A program made the position numbers and the translations under genes. From contig CM082581.2 in assembly GCA_040954595.2 (NCBI GenBank), positions 6,812,699-6,876,698 on the forward strand: a DNA stretch of 64,000 bases, written 5' to 3'. Under the pieces are notes generated by a model that was not told the DNA's origin, made no database searches, and was given only the letters and a program-made list of their open reading frames with translations. How positions within the stretch are numbered: the first letter of the stretch is position 1; every line of letters begins with the position of its first letter. Positions 62,606-64,000 of the stretch are shown piece after piece. The stretch comes from Balanoglossus misakiensis. Taxonomy: Eukaryota; Animalia; Hemichordata.

Positions 62606-63232
62606 TAGATGCATAGCGGTTGTTCAGTTTGTTCATTTTTCTCAATCCAGCTGATGGATGACCACTGCATGCTGTTGATAAGCCTAAGAACTTTGGTCTG
62701 TTTTAATCTTCCGTGATTTGAACAGACCAGCAACAGCTAACAGTAACACAACTCACACTGGTTTTTAGGAGCAAGTCATTCCTGTGTGGCCTCAAACAAT
62801 CAAGTCTGACGTCAGTGAGATTACATGTGCAGTGAAAAGGGTTTACTTTTATATCTAGTTTACCAAATATGCCAGCTATTTGGAGAGAACTGTAAAACTG
62901 TGAAGTTGATATGAGCAGCATGGAGTAAAACCGTTGCCCGTTTACAATTTACATTTATGTTTAGACTATCTCAGTCTCTATTTAAGCTTTGCATGTCGAA
63001 ACACAAACGTAAACGGCAAGAGTTGTAGAACATTCGATAAACTTGATCTGTTAGCGGTCAACAGGAATGATGGTAAAATGCCAATGCCACTCAACATATT
63101 GGGGTAATAATATCTGAAAGGGCACCATTATGAAAGACTATTACATGTTTTGTTAATTCTGAGCATGTCAGTCACAAACAATGACGTAAGCTTGGCTGCA
63201 ACAAAGAAAACTTGCACAACAGACACTCTGCA

Positions 63233-63326
63233 CCCTTTCACCCCCATTTCTCTTCACATGGGCCATTCCGCACTCATTGGTATACAGTGCCTGTGGAGGT
63301 GAAACTAACAGTGGTGGGTGAAAGGG
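63233..63326. mobile_element. piggyBac-like MITE, same family as 41598-41689
   Basis: CCCTTTCACCC ... GGGTGAAAGGG followed by TTTAA; similar length and shared internal cccccatttc and tatacag. Confidence 0.65.
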
Positions 63327-64000
63327 TTTAAATCTAGTTTCTCGATTGCAGCTCTCAGGAATCGTGTTCCAGCTGGCCATACCTTGAATCTCGCATCTGT
63401 CTTCCTCTGAATGAAAGTCCGGGATTTTCAATTTGTGACATATGGCACTCTGTGTACATGGATCTTTAAAAAAACACTCTTTAACTGAGCTTTCCTTGTA
63501 ACCATGGTGATGTCACCAAAACACTTGCTGGATACTGCATTTTGTAATCAGATCTGTGAATATCTTTGAACTTTTGCTTTCGCTGGCAAAAACCAACATG
63601 TGGTTTAACCAATCGGAGTCTTCCGTAATATGCTTGGGTTTTAATTCCGCCTGCCTGAAATATGAGTGTGACTTCACAGAAATCTAACACCTTAGATTTA
63701 CTTATCTCAATGTCAACATGACCTTGGCTGGCCTGATTTGTTCAGTTTGATGTTAGCATTTGGACATGATCATGGAAGGTCTCCAGGTTTACTTGCACTC
63801 TGAAACAGAATGCAAGAAGTTTGAATTTATGTAGTTTCACATCTTTATGAATCAGAAACCATTTTGTAAATCACATTTGCAGATATGGTTTGTGAATTTT
63901 CCATCTGTCTCTGACTTTGTGCGACAGTCTGAACTTCATGTACTGGTGGTACGCTTAAATTTTATCCAGTCTGTTGTGTGGACGCTTGGATCATGTTGGC

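Noticed and set aside
1-64000. CRISPR arrays, operons, rRNA or prokaryotic defence systems
   Set aside because: The sequence is spliced eukaryotic DNA; I saw no regularly spaced repeats or rRNA signatures.

Overview
Eukaryotic, intron-rich genomic DNA from an invertebrate animal (gene content and intron style fit a non-vertebrate bilaterian; the species cannot be fixed from the sequence). I spliced the genes by hand at GT-AG junctions and checked frame across each junction. In order: (1) 3' half of an SLK/STK10 Ste20-like kinase (+); (2) intact THNSL2-like gene, copy A (-); (3) MFHAS1-like Roco protein, LRR-Roc-COR (+); (4) intact THNSL2-like gene, copy B (-); (5) KIAA0232-like gene with added C-terminal tandem CCCH zinc fingers (+); (6) SLC4A11-like transporter with a ~480-aa N-terminal extension (+); (7) NSMCE4A/Nse4 (-); (8) probable 5' end of a TACC gene (+). 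Several MITEs and microsatellites are also present. I saw no rRNA, convincing tRNA or CRISPR. The best leads are all inference. The Roco gene has an extra terminal exon encoding a RHIM-like amyloid-type motif and a kappaB/AP-1-rich upstream region. The KIAA0232 homologue has a PWI-like/FPxL/CCCH architecture and a chain of uORFs. The SLC4A11 homologue has BOR-type substrate-site residues. Family assignments rest on my recall of reference sequences, not on database searches.
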